Positions 26,803-36,985 are shown, counted from the first letter of the stretch. The stretch: DNA of 49,647 nucleotides from Cyanophyceae cyanobacterium (GCA_050331735.1 JBHJGN010000027.1:1-49647), one strand, 5' to 3'. The notes: generated from the letters alone by a model not told the origin. Numbers and translations: made by a program.

Positions 26803-27780
26803 ATGCCAATATATCTTTTCTGGGGAGAAGATGACTTTGCGATCGCCTCTGCTGTTGGGCAACTTCGGCAGGAGATCCTCGCTCCTTCTTGGCAGCAGTT
26901 TAACTACCATCAGTTTCCTGCTGCTGATACGAATGCAGCAATTGAGGCGCTCAATCAAGCAATGACTCCGGCTTTTGGCCTGGGGGGACGATTGGTTTGG
27001 CTGGTGGATACCTCGATTTGCCAGCAATGTTCTGAAACGTTACTGGCCGAATTAGAGCGAACTTTACCCGCCATCCCTGATTCATCCTGTCTCCTGCTTA
27101 CTACCAGCAAAAAACCAGATCGGCGGCTGAAATCGACGAAGCTGCTGCAAAAATACGCCACCGTTGAGGAATTTTCCCTGATTCCGCCGTGGAAAACCGA
27201 AGCTCTTGAAGCTAGAGTTCAGCAAGTCGCAAAAACGGTTGGGGTGACTCTAACGGCAGATGCGGTCAAGCTGCTAGCCGAAGCCGTGGGCAACAACACC
27301 AGGCAGTTATGGAACGAACTCGAAAAGCTCAGGCTTTACGGAAGTGAACTGGATGCCGCTATTGTTGCGACTCTGGTTCACGCTAATACCCAAAATAGTT
27401 TACAGCTAGCGGCGGCGCTTCGCACAGGGAATCGTGAGGAGGCTTTGCGGCTGGCAACGGAACTCATTGACCGCAACGAACCAGCGCTGAGGATTGTAGC
27501 AACCCTGGTGGGGCAGTTTCGGACGTGGCTGATGATTAAGCTAGCGATTGAGTCTGGGGAAAGTAATGAAAAAGCGATCGCCCAAGCGGCAGAGGTGAGC
27601 AACCCGAAACGGGTTTACTTTCTGCGTAAAGAAGTGAGTACGCTCTCTTCACAGCAGCTTGTGGCGGCTCTCCCCGTTCTGTTGGAGTTAGAATTGAGTC
27701 TTAAGCAGGGAGCCGAGCCTTTGTCTACTCTTCAGACGAAAACGATTGAGCTATGTCGAATTTTTGGGCGATCACGCTAG
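26803..27780 (+). CDS. holA: DNA polymerase III delta subunit
   Basis: MPIYLFWGEDDF, TPAFGLGGRLVW, NELEKL, NEPALRIVATL motifs. Confidence 0.92.
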   Translation: MPIYLFWGEDDFAIASAVGQLRQEILAPSWQQFNYHQFPAADTNAAIEALNQAMTPAFGLGGRLVWLVDTSICQQCSETLLAELERTLPAIPDSSCLLLTTSKKPDRRLKSTKLLQKYATVEEFSLIPPWKTEALEARVQQVAKTVGVTLTADAVKLLAEAVGNNTRQLWNELEKLRLYGSELDAAIVATLVHANTQNSLQLAAALRTGNREEALRLATELIDRNEPALRIVATLVGQFRTWLMIKLAIESGESNEKAIAQAAEVSNPKRVYFLRKEVSTLSSQQLVAALPVLLELELSLKQGAEPLSTLQTKTIELCRIFGRSR

Positions 27781-27789
27781 GAATAAACA

Positions 27790-28008
27790 ATGATGGCTCG
27801 AGACCTATTGGCAGCGGTAGATCGCTACATTAGTACTCTTCTGGCACAGCAAGATGATATGCTGCTGGAGAGTGAGCCGTCGCTGGATGCGGCTAATCTG
27901 CCCCAGATTAGCGTATCTCCAAATCAAGGAAAACTTTTGCATCCCCTGGCGCTCCTCGGCAAGGCCCGCAATATTCTAGAGCTTGAAACCCTCTGTTGGT
28001 GTCAGTGA
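27790..28008 (+). pseudogene. N-terminal fragment of a caffeoyl-CoA-type O-methyltransferase
   Basis: AVDRYI...LPQISVSPNQGKLL...ARNILELET, then truncates before the SAM-binding core. Confidence 0.7.
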
Positions 28009-28216
28009 TGACGGCATAGCGTTAGCAGTTGTCAATCGGAGCTGAGAAACGGCGATTTCTCCCGATTCTTTTCCTAGAAACTATCTCTCTTCTATCACTC
28101 TAGGCCGTTGCTCGATGGCAACTATCTCGAAAATCAGGGGTCAAATCACGAGGAGTCAAGCGCAGTTGCGTTGCCCGGTCTCTTTAAATCAGGGAGGAAT
28201 ACAAGTGAGCGTCTCT

Positions 28217-29296
28217 CTAACTAGGAAACTGGCCGGGTTGCACCGTAATTGTCAACCGACGACCATTGCGATTGATCTGTACTGCTAGCTCCTCGCCAAT
28301 GGTACTATCTGACACCGCTTGCTGAACCTGCGCCGCCGTTTGCACACTCTGACCCCCAACCTGTTCAATGACATCTCCAGACTGTAGGCCAGCTCTCAGG
28401 GCAGGAGAAGAACTAGCGACATCAACAATGACAACGCCTTCATCAGTTTGAAGGTTCAAATCGCGGTTGAGTTCTTCTCGGACGGCAGGCGTAAGCGTCA
28501 CCATTTGAACACCAAGATAGGGATGCTCCACCTCTCCTTGAGCAATTAACTGGTCAGCAATCTCCCTGGCTCTATCAATCGGAATCGCAAATCCTAGCCC
28601 CTGAGCGCGGCCAATAATCGCTGTGTTGATGCCAATAACCTGTCCCTGCTGATTGAGCAGCGGACCGCCAGAGTTCCCCGGATTGATCGCCGCATCGGTT
28701 TGGATAAAGCTCACCCGAGTGTTCGGTGAACCAATCGCTCCTCCAGAGCGACCGGTCCCGCTGATAATACCAGCCGTGACTGTGTTATCTAGCCCTAAAG
28801 GATTGCCGATGGCGATCGCCCATTCCCCAATCTGAAGTGACTCGGAGTTGCCCAAAGATACCGCAGGCAAATCGTTAGCTGCCACTTGAACAACAGCAAC
28901 GTCTGTGAGGGAATCCTGACCCAAGACCTCGCCCGTCAAGCTACGACCATCCCCCAAAGTTACCGTTACCTGCTCAGCACCGTTAACGACGTGAGCATTG
29001 GTGAGGATCGTCCCGTCAGCGCTAACGATGAAGCCGGACCCGGTTCCTTGTGATGGTCTCGAAGAATTACGAGAGATGCGATTAGAGTTAATTCTGACGA
29101 CAGAGGGCCCCGTTCTCTGAACGGCAGCCGCAATAAAATTTTGGTTATTGCTGCCCGATGGCAAGGGCCGCTGAGCGGCAGGCTGCGGAATCTGTGCTTC
29201 TGTAGACAGAAGCTGCATAGCGGGAACGCTGACCATCGCGCCGCCGACAAAGAAGGCTACATAAGCTGCCGATTTTATAGAAAGTTTGCCAGACAT
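28217..29296 (-). CDS. HhoA/HhoB/HtrA-family serine protease with PDZ domain
   Basis: GSGFI, TNAHVV, DVAV, IQTDAAINPGNSGGPL and a C-terminal PDZ. Confidence 0.95.
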   Translation of the reverse strand: MSGKLSIKSAAYVAFFVGGAMVSVPAMQLLSTEAQIPQPAAQRPLPSGSNNQNFIAAAVQRTGPSVVRINSNRISRNSSRPSQGTGSGFIVSADGTILTNAHVVNGAEQVTVTLGDGRSLTGEVLGQDSLTDVAVVQVAANDLPAVSLGNSESLQIGEWAIAIGNPLGLDNTVTAGIISGTGRSGGAIGSPNTRVSFIQTDAAINPGNSGGPLLNQQGQVIGINTAIIGRAQGLGFAIPIDRAREIADQLIAQGEVEHPYLGVQMVTLTPAVREELNRDLNLQTDEGVVIVDVASSSPALRAGLQSGDVIEQVGGQSVQTAAQVQQAVSDSTIGEELAVQINRNGRRLTITVQPGQFPS

Positions 29297-30009
29297 AAGT
29301 CGCTCACTGAGATAGAAAGAATGCGGAACAAAAAGACCAGTAATTGAGTTAAGATGAACGGCAACGCTTTGCCTCTGTAATTTCTAGCATTTCCAGCTCT
29401 AGCCAAAGAAAAGAGAGAGCAAATTAGTGTTGTCTAACTCTTAGGGCTGTCACTGTGTTAGCACAGGGGTTGGATTTTGATTTGGGTCATATCAAGCGAT
29501 GACGTTGAACAAGCTTTGTCTGAGCAATAAAATCTCCAATAGATTTTTCCTGTTTCATCTAGAAGTTGTCAGGTAGGTTTGTGATTACTTGAATGTGGCA
29601 GGAGAATATGACATCAAAGTGTCAAGCTGCGCCGTAAAAATCTGTAGAATTAAATAGTCTTGAACTTAGAGAGTATCGGCAAGATAGAGCGGCGATCGCC
29701 TAGCAACAGTTTCAAAAGGTGAGGCTGGGGATGCTAGTCACTTCTCTTTCATGAAATCTTGTCGCTCTGCTTGTTGACTCGTAATAGAACCACAATAGGA
29801 ACGATCTTGCTGAATATCCTTTTTTTTAGCTCTTGGCATAGTCGGGAACCGCAATTGCAAGCACAGATGGCAGGTCTGACCTGTGTCAGCAGTAGGAATA
29901 GCAGTCACCCCAATTCCTGCTTTTACTGCCTTGAACTCAGTTTAGAAGGCATTCATATCCTATCTATAAATTACAACGACATAAATTGCTATTATCTCAA
30001 CAATCGATT

Positions 30010-30885
30010 ATGAAAACTCAGTTCAAAAAAGCTTTCAAAAACGGGATGAGCCAGCTATTGGATCGCAACTACTTCCTGTCTATGCAGTGGAGAGTGTTCC
30101 TCGTTCGGAGACTGGTCAACGACAAGCTTTTTATTGTCTATTCCGATGGAAAAGTTGGTTCTACTACCCTAACCGTTTCTCTGAGAAAGAATTTTCCAGG
30201 GCAGTTTGTATTCCATATCCATCGCCTGACTCAGGAATCGATCGCTCAAGCAGAGAGTTACTACAAAAATCGGTGTAAGCCGAGTATGATTCCCGATAAC
30301 GTTATTCAGAGTAAATTTCTTCAGATATACTTAAAGACAATCTCGAAAAATTGCGAAGTTTATTTTTTTTCGCTCGTGCGAGATCCAGTCTCCGCCCTGA
30401 TATCTGGATATTGTCAGAGCTATTTCTATTCCCGAAAAAAAACATCCCAATCAGAGGATGAAATAGTCGGTAGCATTATTCAAAACATCCTAGAGCGTTT
30501 TCAATCTAAGAAAATACAGGAGAGGCTTGACTGGATTGATCAAGAATTAAACCAAGCATTAGACTACAATATCTATGCCGAAGAATTTAACAAAGAAAAA
30601 GGCTATAAAATCTATAGGAGTAAAAGTTTGTTGGTTATAAAGCTTGAAAGTTTTAATTCCCAATGCGCTGATGCAATGAAAGAATTTTTAGGCTGTCATG
30701 AATTTGCAATCAAGGAGAATAATAAAGCGGAACAGTCAAGCTACTATCCTGTTTATCAGAAAGTTAAACGCTCTATCAAGCTTCCCAGAGAAACTCTCGA
30801 TAAAATTTATACTTCAAAATATGTAGAATACTTTTATACAGATAAAGAGATTAGGCAGTTTAAAGAGCGGTGGTCGCTGACTTAG
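30010..30885 (+). CDS. Sulfotransferase-fold protein, putative capsular polysaccharide synthesis family
   Basis: GKVGSTT (5'-PSB-like loop), SLVRDP (3'-PB-like), YFYTDKEI..F..RW C-terminus; visibly AT-rich. Confidence 0.7.
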   Translation: MKTQFKKAFKNGMSQLLDRNYFLSMQWRVFLVRRLVNDKLFIVYSDGKVGSTTLTVSLRKNFPGQFVFHIHRLTQESIAQAESYYKNRCKPSMIPDNVIQSKFLQIYLKTISKNCEVYFFSLVRDPVSALISGYCQSYFYSRKKTSQSEDEIVGSIIQNILERFQSKKIQERLDWIDQELNQALDYNIYAEEFNKEKGYKIYRSKSLLVIKLESFNSQCADAMKEFLGCHEFAIKENNKAEQSSYYPVYQKVKRSIKLPRETLDKIYTSKYVEYFYTDKEIRQFKERWSLT

Positions 30886-30919
30886 CTAGTGGTCAGTCAA
30901 TAAATACTCATCCTTTCTG

Positions 30920-31235
30920 CTACAGAATTGACAGCAGCTTCGCTTGTACTAATACTCTGGCTACTTCCTTTTTTGTTACTCAAAAGCCGGGTGAGAGCAT
31001 CCCTGCTGAGGCTGGGGCGTTGACCAGTATGGACGGTCAACTAACAATGACGACTCAATTCTCAGGAGGATTCTTTCCAGCCCTTCTGCGTCAACTTTTT
31101 GGCGGAGAGTCTCTGTTTGTCAACGTCTTCAAAAACAAGACCGACTCTCCGCTCACCCTGGTCCTGAGCCAAAGCATAGTTGGGGATATTGAACGCATTG
31201 ATTTGACTCAGGGCTCTATCTGTTTTCAGCTTTGA
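30920..31235 (+). pseudogene. Truncated TIGR00266/AIM24-family gene
   Basis: PGESIPAEAGA...FGGESLFVNVF...GDI motif; stops at about half of the family length and has no clear start. Confidence 0.7.
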
Positions 31236-31450
31236 CATCCGGCGAAAGACCGGTGAACCGTCTGCGGGGAAACGGCAAAATCTATTTACAGTCGCGCAGC
31301 GTGAGCGGATTAGTAGATTATCCGCTGAGAAGGCGATCGCCTCTTTCAATTAAAATTGTTGAACCTTAATCGCGAATCTAAACAGCGCTCAGAGTCTGCT
31401 CATGAGGGGTCTTTGCCTCCGCTAACAGAAGCAGAGCGTATCGTTGCTGC

Positions 31451-32194
31451 TTATGCGCCCCAGCCGCCATCAACCCGCAGAGTGGCACCAGTAATGTAGC
31501 TGGCTTCTGGTGAAGCAACAAAGGCCACCAGCGCCGCCACTTCCTCTGGCTTACCGTAGCGCCCTAGGGCTGTCAACTGCTTCTGAGCGTCTGCTTGCTC
31601 ACCCTCAGCCGGATTGGCCTCGGTATCGATGGGTCCAGGTTCGATGCAGTTGACGGTGATGTTCTGAGGCCCTAATTCTCGCGCCCAACTACGGGTAAAT
31701 CCGGCAATAGCAAATTTAGTGGCGCAATAAACCGACATGCCGGGAATGGGGACTGCCTCACCAAGAGCACTGCCGATGTTAATGATACGCCCACCCTGAT
31801 CCATACGGCGCGCCGCTTCACGACTGGCAACAAACACGCCCCTCACGTTTAGATTCATTTGGCGATCAAAGGCTTCATCGGTGATTTCGTTGAGAAAGCC
31901 GTAGTCAGCGCTTCCGGCATTGTTGACTAAAATATTAACTTTGCCCAATTTGCTTTCGGTGTGGTCAAAAAGAGCGACTACCTGGGAAGAGTCGGACATA
32001 TCACCCTGTAGCGCGATCGCTTTTCCGTCATCAGCCTGAATCTGCTCAACGAGTTGATTGGCTGCCTCAGCGCTGCTAGCATAGTTAATCGCCACCTGTG
32101 CTCCATGAGCAGCGAGTTTGCGAGCAATGGCGGCTCCAATGCCTCGCGAACCACCAGTGACGAGGACAACTTTATTAGCGAGCGGTAAGTTCAT
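31451..32194 (-). CDS. SDR oxidoreductase (FabG-like)
   Basis: TGGSRGIG, NNAG, YCATK, VDGG motifs. Confidence 0.93.
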   Translation of the reverse strand: MNLPLANKVVLVTGGSRGIGAAIARKLAAHGAQVAINYASSAEAANQLVEQIQADDGKAIALQGDMSDSSQVVALFDHTESKLGKVNILVNNAGSADYGFLNEITDEAFDRQMNLNVRGVFVASREAARRMDQGGRIINIGSALGEAVPIPGMSVYCATKFAIAGFTRSWARELGPQNITVNCIEPGPIDTEANPAEGEQADAQKQLTALGRYGKPEEVAALVAFVASPEASYITGATLRVDGGWGA

Positions 32195-32546
32195 ATCTTT
32201 TGCTGAGGTTTCTGATTTAACTACTTTAAGATTAATAAAAATGGGGAAGAAGCAGTGGCAGTGATTTGTAGAGTTTTAGATTTAGATCCCGAAGAAATTG
32301 TTGCTGATTGATATGCAGTGGATATTGCTCCGCCTATTTTAAATGAACAAGAGCTGGTAGTCGAAGACGTAGACAATGCCGTGTTTCGTGCCTGCGGGAC
32401 GTTGACGCCGGCGAAGCAGTCATTGGCCCAGACCGATGGGCCGCGCGGCTGTGGAAGGAAGACGACGTAGACCTTGATATAGCGATATAGCCGCCGCGTT
32501 GGTCGCCGGACCAGGGGAGCACCGGCAGACCGCGACCCGTCTGGGA

Positions 32547-33713
32547 TTAGCTGCCCATCAGCGCCTGGGCGAGCCCGATGAAGAGCGGTATTCCAATGGC
32601 AAGCGCAATCGGTGTGCCGACGGCTGTGGACGCGCCGATGTAAGCGGAGGGATTAGCCTTGGGAATACCGCCTCGTAAAGTGGGCGGTCCTGAGATGTCT
32701 GAACTGGAGGCGGCGATGACGGACAGGAGCACGACGCCGCCAGGGCTGAATCCCGTGGTGACGTGGGCAATCCAGCCGAAACCGAAGCCAATGAGCCCAT
32801 GCAGCAGAGGTGCCACCAAAGCATATACGGCGTACCACTGGGCCACCTTGCGCAGCTCGCCGATCCTTGCCCAGGCCTCCATCCCCAGGATCAGCATCAG
32901 GATCGAAAGCAGGCCGCGGAAGAGGGGATCGTAAAAGCTCTCATAGACACTTTCCGGCTGGGTGAGTATGCCTAGAGCGAGACCGAGCAGCAGTGCCGAT
33001 AGGGCAGATCCCTGGAGGCTGTCCTTCACGATGGGCCATATCTTGACCCGCTTGCTTGCGGTCCCGTCCGACTCGCTGGGATACCCGCTTGCAGTAATGC
33101 GCTGCTGGCTGCGATACTCCTGCCTGCTGGTGGGATACTCCGGCTCGCTGGGATACCCGCCTGCGGTAACGCGCTGCTGGCTGCGATACTCCTGCTTGCT
33201 GATAGACTCCTGCTTGCTGATAGACTTTTGCTTGCCCGTATAAATGCTGGCCAAGACGATTGCAGTCACGAGCGCTGGGATGTCCATAAAGGGATAGAGT
33301 GCGGCGGCCCAGGGCTCGTATTGCATCCCTTCCGATTCCAGCATCGTGATGCCGGCGGCGAGGGTAGAGCCACTCACGGCACCAAACAAGCCCCCGGTCG
33401 CGATGGCATCCACAGTTTTGACGTTCGGCAGTATGCCCAACGTGTAGCGCCCGATGAATACGATCAGGATCCCGATCACCGCAGCGAACACCGCGGGCAG
33501 CAGCATCTCCGCCAAATTGGCATTGCGAATCGCAATGCCGCCGCTCAGACCGACTTTAATGAGCAGCATGAAGACGATAAATTTATAGATCGCATCTGGA
33601 ATTTGCAGTCGGCTATTGACGGCGGCAATGACCATACCACCAATTAGAAAGCCGAGTGTCGGGGACTGCAACTTGTCCACGAAGCGTGTCAAGAAATCGG
33701 ACAAAAAATCCAC
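32547..33713 (-). CDS. sbtA: Na+-dependent bicarbonate transporter SbtA with a repeat-expanded central loop
   Basis: LQSPTLGFLIGG, GAVSGST, YPFMDIPALV, SDISGPPTLR and GTPIA motifs; GGAGG RBS before GTG. Confidence 0.93.
   Translation of the reverse strand: MDFLSDFLTRFVDKLQSPTLGFLIGGMVIAAVNSRLQIPDAIYKFIVFMLLIKVGLSGGIAIRNANLAEMLLPAVFAAVIGILIVFIGRYTLGILPNVKTVDAIATGGLFGAVSGSTLAAGITMLESEGMQYEPWAAALYPFMDIPALVTAIVLASIYTGKQKSISKQESISKQEYRSQQRVTAGGYPSEPEYPTSRQEYRSQQRITASGYPSESDGTASKRVKIWPIVKDSLQGSALSALLLGLALGILTQPESVYESFYDPLFRGLLSILMLILGMEAWARIGELRKVAQWYAVYALVAPLLHGLIGFGFGWIAHVTTGFSPGGVVLLSVIAASSSDISGPPTLRGGIPKANPSAYIGASTAVGTPIALAIGIPLFIGLAQALMGS
33072..33235. repeat. In-frame tandem duplications within sbtA (72-bp period x2; 18-bp x2-3)
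   Basis: ctcgctgggatacccgc...gcgatactcctgc at 33072 and 33144; actcctgcttgctgatag at 33188 and 33206. Confidence 0.85.
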
Positions 33714-33901
33714 TTTGTAATACCTCCTTTCGCCTCCTCTAACGAGGAGCGATTATTGTGATAAGTGAGCTTTAAAAAATAACGGTGAAGCGCTTTACTC
33801 CTACAGCACAGGCGTTACGCGGTCACCTGTTGACAAAGTATTCGGAGATAGCTGCTCTCCGAACGAGGCTGTAAGGTGCTAGCTATCCTGCACCACCTCC
33901 C

Positions 33902-33917
33902 ATAGATATTGGTCTAT
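33902..33917. promoter_or_regulatory. ATAG-N8-CTAT LysR box (NdhR/CcmR type) upstream of sbtA
   Basis: ATAG-atattggt-CTAT, followed by the perfect palindrome AAGACTTAAGTCTT (33919-33932). Confidence 0.7.
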
Positions 33918-34168
33918 TAAGACTTAAGTCTTTATGTGTTTAAGTCTATCCTATAATGCACCGATTTTTGCACTCCACAACATGGATTTTAAATACAATG
34001 TCAAATTTAAATCATAAGTTTTGCTTGTGTTTGACGATCCCCGCCTCTGGTTAGAAAGACCCTGCCGTGAAACGACAGGGCTTCCTCTAATTTTGTTAAT
34101 GTGGATGGCGATCGCTCTTCTTGGACAACAATCCCATTGAAGACATTTAGGATCACCGATGGGTCGTC

Positions 34169-34423
34169 TCAATCCACTTGCAATGCCGGTGACTTTGCGG
34201 ATGACTCTGTTGGTGGGGTCGGCTCTAAGGAGGGACTGTAGCGAGCGGCGTTAATCCAAATTACTGAAAGCAGTAAACCAACACCGCAACCAATCAAGAA
34301 GATCCAACCGTGGGAGGGTTCTAAAACACAGAGCAAGCGGCGATTACTGCCATACACCTGCACGACCCACCCCTCATCCGTATTCAACTTTGGCTGTGAC
34401 TGCTTCGATTCAAACTTATTCAT
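34169..34423 (-). CDS. Small (84 aa) single-TM hypothetical protein between sbtA and sbtB
   Basis: ATG 34423; GWVVQVYGSNRRLLCVLEPSHGW followed by a TM helix and a Pro/Ser tail. Confidence 0.7.
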   Translation of the reverse strand: MNKFESKQSQPKLNTDEGWVVQVYGSNRRLLCVLEPSHGWIFLIGCGVGLLLSVIWINAARYSPSLEPTPPTESSAKSPALQVD

Positions 34424-34565
34424 GGTTTTCGCTCTATGCTGGTTGTGTGTATCGCTTACAGGCAGCGGCCTGTATCGCATGGACACCTGCCGAAAATTCA
34501 CCTGTGTGATGTGTGTAGCAGCTTCAGAACAGTGATTGTGTCTTTGAGCTGCTTGCGCTGAGTTT

Positions 34566-34581
34566 ATAGAGATGAGTCTAT
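34566..34581. promoter_or_regulatory. Second ATAG-N8-CTAT LysR box (NdhR/CcmR type)
   Basis: ATAG-agatgagt-CTAT, extending to TATAG...CTATA, in the small-ORF/sbtB divergent region. Confidence 0.65.
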
Positions 34582-35056
34582 ATTTCAAGCAAACATCATA
34601 CCTTTAAGTGTATGCAAGATCTAACTCACAAGCAGCATTTTTTACAGAATCTTGCCTCAAACTTGCTGAATCTTTTGATAACCAAAATTTATGATTTGAA
34701 CTTGCTCAGCTATTCTGCACCTAGTTCCCATAAAACACTTGCGGTGAGGGCGGTGATATTCAAGAGCTGCTTCGCTGTTGAATGGTGAATCGAAGTTTGA
34801 CTATTTTACCAGGGGACGGTACCGAAAATGGCAGAACCTTCCTAGTGACCCCTGCAATCTGATGTTGAATGGTGGTCATAGCGCCACAAGGATAAGTGTT
34901 TTTTATAAAATGCTTCCGCTAATCTGAGTCAATCTTTCTCAACAGAGGGTAGTGAATTCGCTGCTCTTTGGCATAAACTTAAAGATATGGTTCAAGGTAA
35001 AACCATAGAGTCTTGTCTTGAATTGTCGTAACAGAATGCGTTAAGAGGTAACCCAC

Positions 35057-35371
35057 ATGACCCAGCAAGCCAGCAAGCTCGTCATCGTCACGGAAAAGTT
35101 GCTGCTGAAACAGATTATCAAGATCATCTACGAAGCCGGGGCTACCGGTTATACAGTGGTGGACGTTGGCGGTAAAGGCACTCGCGACGTGCGCTCGTCG
35201 GGACAACCCATCGTTTCCGACACCTACTCGGATATAAAGATCGAGGTGCTCACCGCCAATCGGGATATGGCCCTGAAGATTTCGGATGAGATCGCAGCGC
35301 AGTTTTTCGACGATTATTCGGGCTTCGCCTATCTCTGTGATGCGGAGGTACTGCACGCGCATATGTTCTGA
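35057..35371 (+). CDS. sbtB: PII-like SbtB
   Basis: KLVIVTEKLLL, GATGYTVV..GGKG.R.VRS.GQP, KIEVLT and FFDDYSG motifs; GAGG RBS. Confidence 0.92.
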   Translation: MTQQASKLVIVTEKLLLKQIIKIIYEAGATGYTVVDVGGKGTRDVRSSGQPIVSDTYSDIKIEVLTANRDMALKISDEIAAQFFDDYSGFAYLCDAEVLHAHMF

Positions 35372-35628
35372 CTTAAAACTCCCTAGTGGTGCAGAAAACT
35401 CTATCGTCTACAGCAATAGCCAGGAAGATTTAGGCCCCTGAAGGGCAGTTAAGTAGGAGGTTTTACTTCTGATTCCTACTATCCTCTCTCTGCCCTTTTG
35501 TCTGGGCGGTATCTGCAAAAACTAGGATTGAGGACCATACTTCATTAAAGTGAGAATTGGTATAGTCAGCATAATAAGCTTGCTCGTTGCTAACTGATAA
35601 GCCAGAGCAATCAAAGCTCGAGGAAAAC

Positions 35629-36000
35629 CTATTTCTTAGTCGCCAAGCGATCGAGCCTGCGCCTGGCTAGCGTGGCTGTGCCGCCGTGAATCAGCAGCGA
35701 GGCTAATCCCCCCAGAGTTATTACCTGCCAGAGAACGTCGATGTCGGCAAACGTGCCGTGGTTTTGAGCGTAAGCTAAGGAGTAAAACGAGCCAAAGCCG
35801 CGAATGCCTAAAAAGGCGATCGCCCATTTCTCACTTCTGTGGAGTCTTAGCGAATTCAGGGACAGAATGCCCGTCTGGGTCTCGTCCGAAACACAAAAGT
35901 AGCGGCTTAACACCCAGCCCACTCCAATACTGACCAAGGTTCCCATCACCACGCGGTACAGTAAATCTACCGCCAGCCAGCCTACCAGCCAGCCCCAGCG
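35629..36000 (-). pseudogene. Internally deleted CPA1 Na+/H+ antiporter fragment
   Basis: WLAVDLLYR, FLGIRGFGSFY.LAYA and SLLIHGGTA motifs; most helices are missing. Confidence 0.7.
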
Positions 36001-36244
36001 CTAGATATACACGGAGAAAAGGATTTTAGGTTTCATCTGGCTCCGTTATGCCCGTTGTCAAGATTAGGAATCGGTTTTTCCATATCATCATACGCAGGGC
36101 TGCGAGCGAAGTAAAACGACTGTAAAAGTAGCGATCGCTGTTTACCCAACCTTAAGACTCGGCCTGTATGCTCGGCGTGTTCAAAAATTTTGTTTTGGCA
36201 ACGCTAATCAACCCGATTTCCAACAACAGTGTCGAGCAAACATT

Positions 36245-36985
36245 ATGGTTGAAGTTACTTTTTCGTTATGGTCGGCAGATCCCATTGAGGCTGATAACAA
36301 TACCTACGTCATTACGCACGGCTACATGAGCAGCAGTTCTCAAGACTGGGTTGGAGACCTGGCTCAAGAGATCGATCAGCGAGATCCGCTGAGCAATATT
36401 ATCCTCACAGACTGGTCTGAGGAGGCTGATACTCTAAACTACTTCAACGCGGTAGCAGATACCGAAGCGGTTGGCAATCAACTGGCTCTTTGGCTAAATG
36501 ATTCTGGAGTGAATCCCGATACTACTCAGCTCATCGGTCATAGTTTAGGAGCGCACGTCAGCGGGATTGCTGGAGATGTGTATGATGACATTACGGGCCG
36601 CTCGATTGAAACCATTGTGGGCTTAGACCCAGCCGGTCCTGCCTACGAGGATACTTTCTTTTCTTCTGGGAAGCCTCTCTCTGAGCGACTGGATGCCTCG
36701 GATGCTGACCGCGTTGTGGCGCTTCACACTAGCGAAACCTTTGGGTATGATGACCCGTTAGGAATTTTAGACCTCTACATCAACCCCGACGATTGGTTTC
36801 AACCGGGGGAATGGAATGCTCTCGGCAATCATGGCTACGCTCACGATCTTTATGCCGACCTCGTTGGGGGAGAAAAGTATCGACAAAGCAGTAGCCAATC
36901 CCTAGGAGATGGCCTCTTTGACTACGGAGACATCTTTACGTTCAGTGGCAGCATTGATGTCGATACGACCGAGCCGTTTGGCTAG
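36245..36985 (+). CDS. Pancreatic-lipase-like alpha/beta hydrolase
   Basis: ITHGY oxyanion motif, LIGHSLGAHVSG nucleophile, GLDPAGP acid, LDASDADRVVALHT, and C-terminal His (NHGYA). Confidence 0.82.
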   Translation: MVEVTFSLWSADPIEADNNTYVITHGYMSSSSQDWVGDLAQEIDQRDPLSNIILTDWSEEADTLNYFNAVADTEAVGNQLALWLNDSGVNPDTTQLIGHSLGAHVSGIAGDVYDDITGRSIETIVGLDPAGPAYEDTFFSSGKPLSERLDASDADRVVALHTSETFGYDDPLGILDLYINPDDWFQPGEWNALGNHGYAHDLYADLVGGEKYRQSSSQSLGDGLFDYGDIFTFSGSIDVDTTEPFG

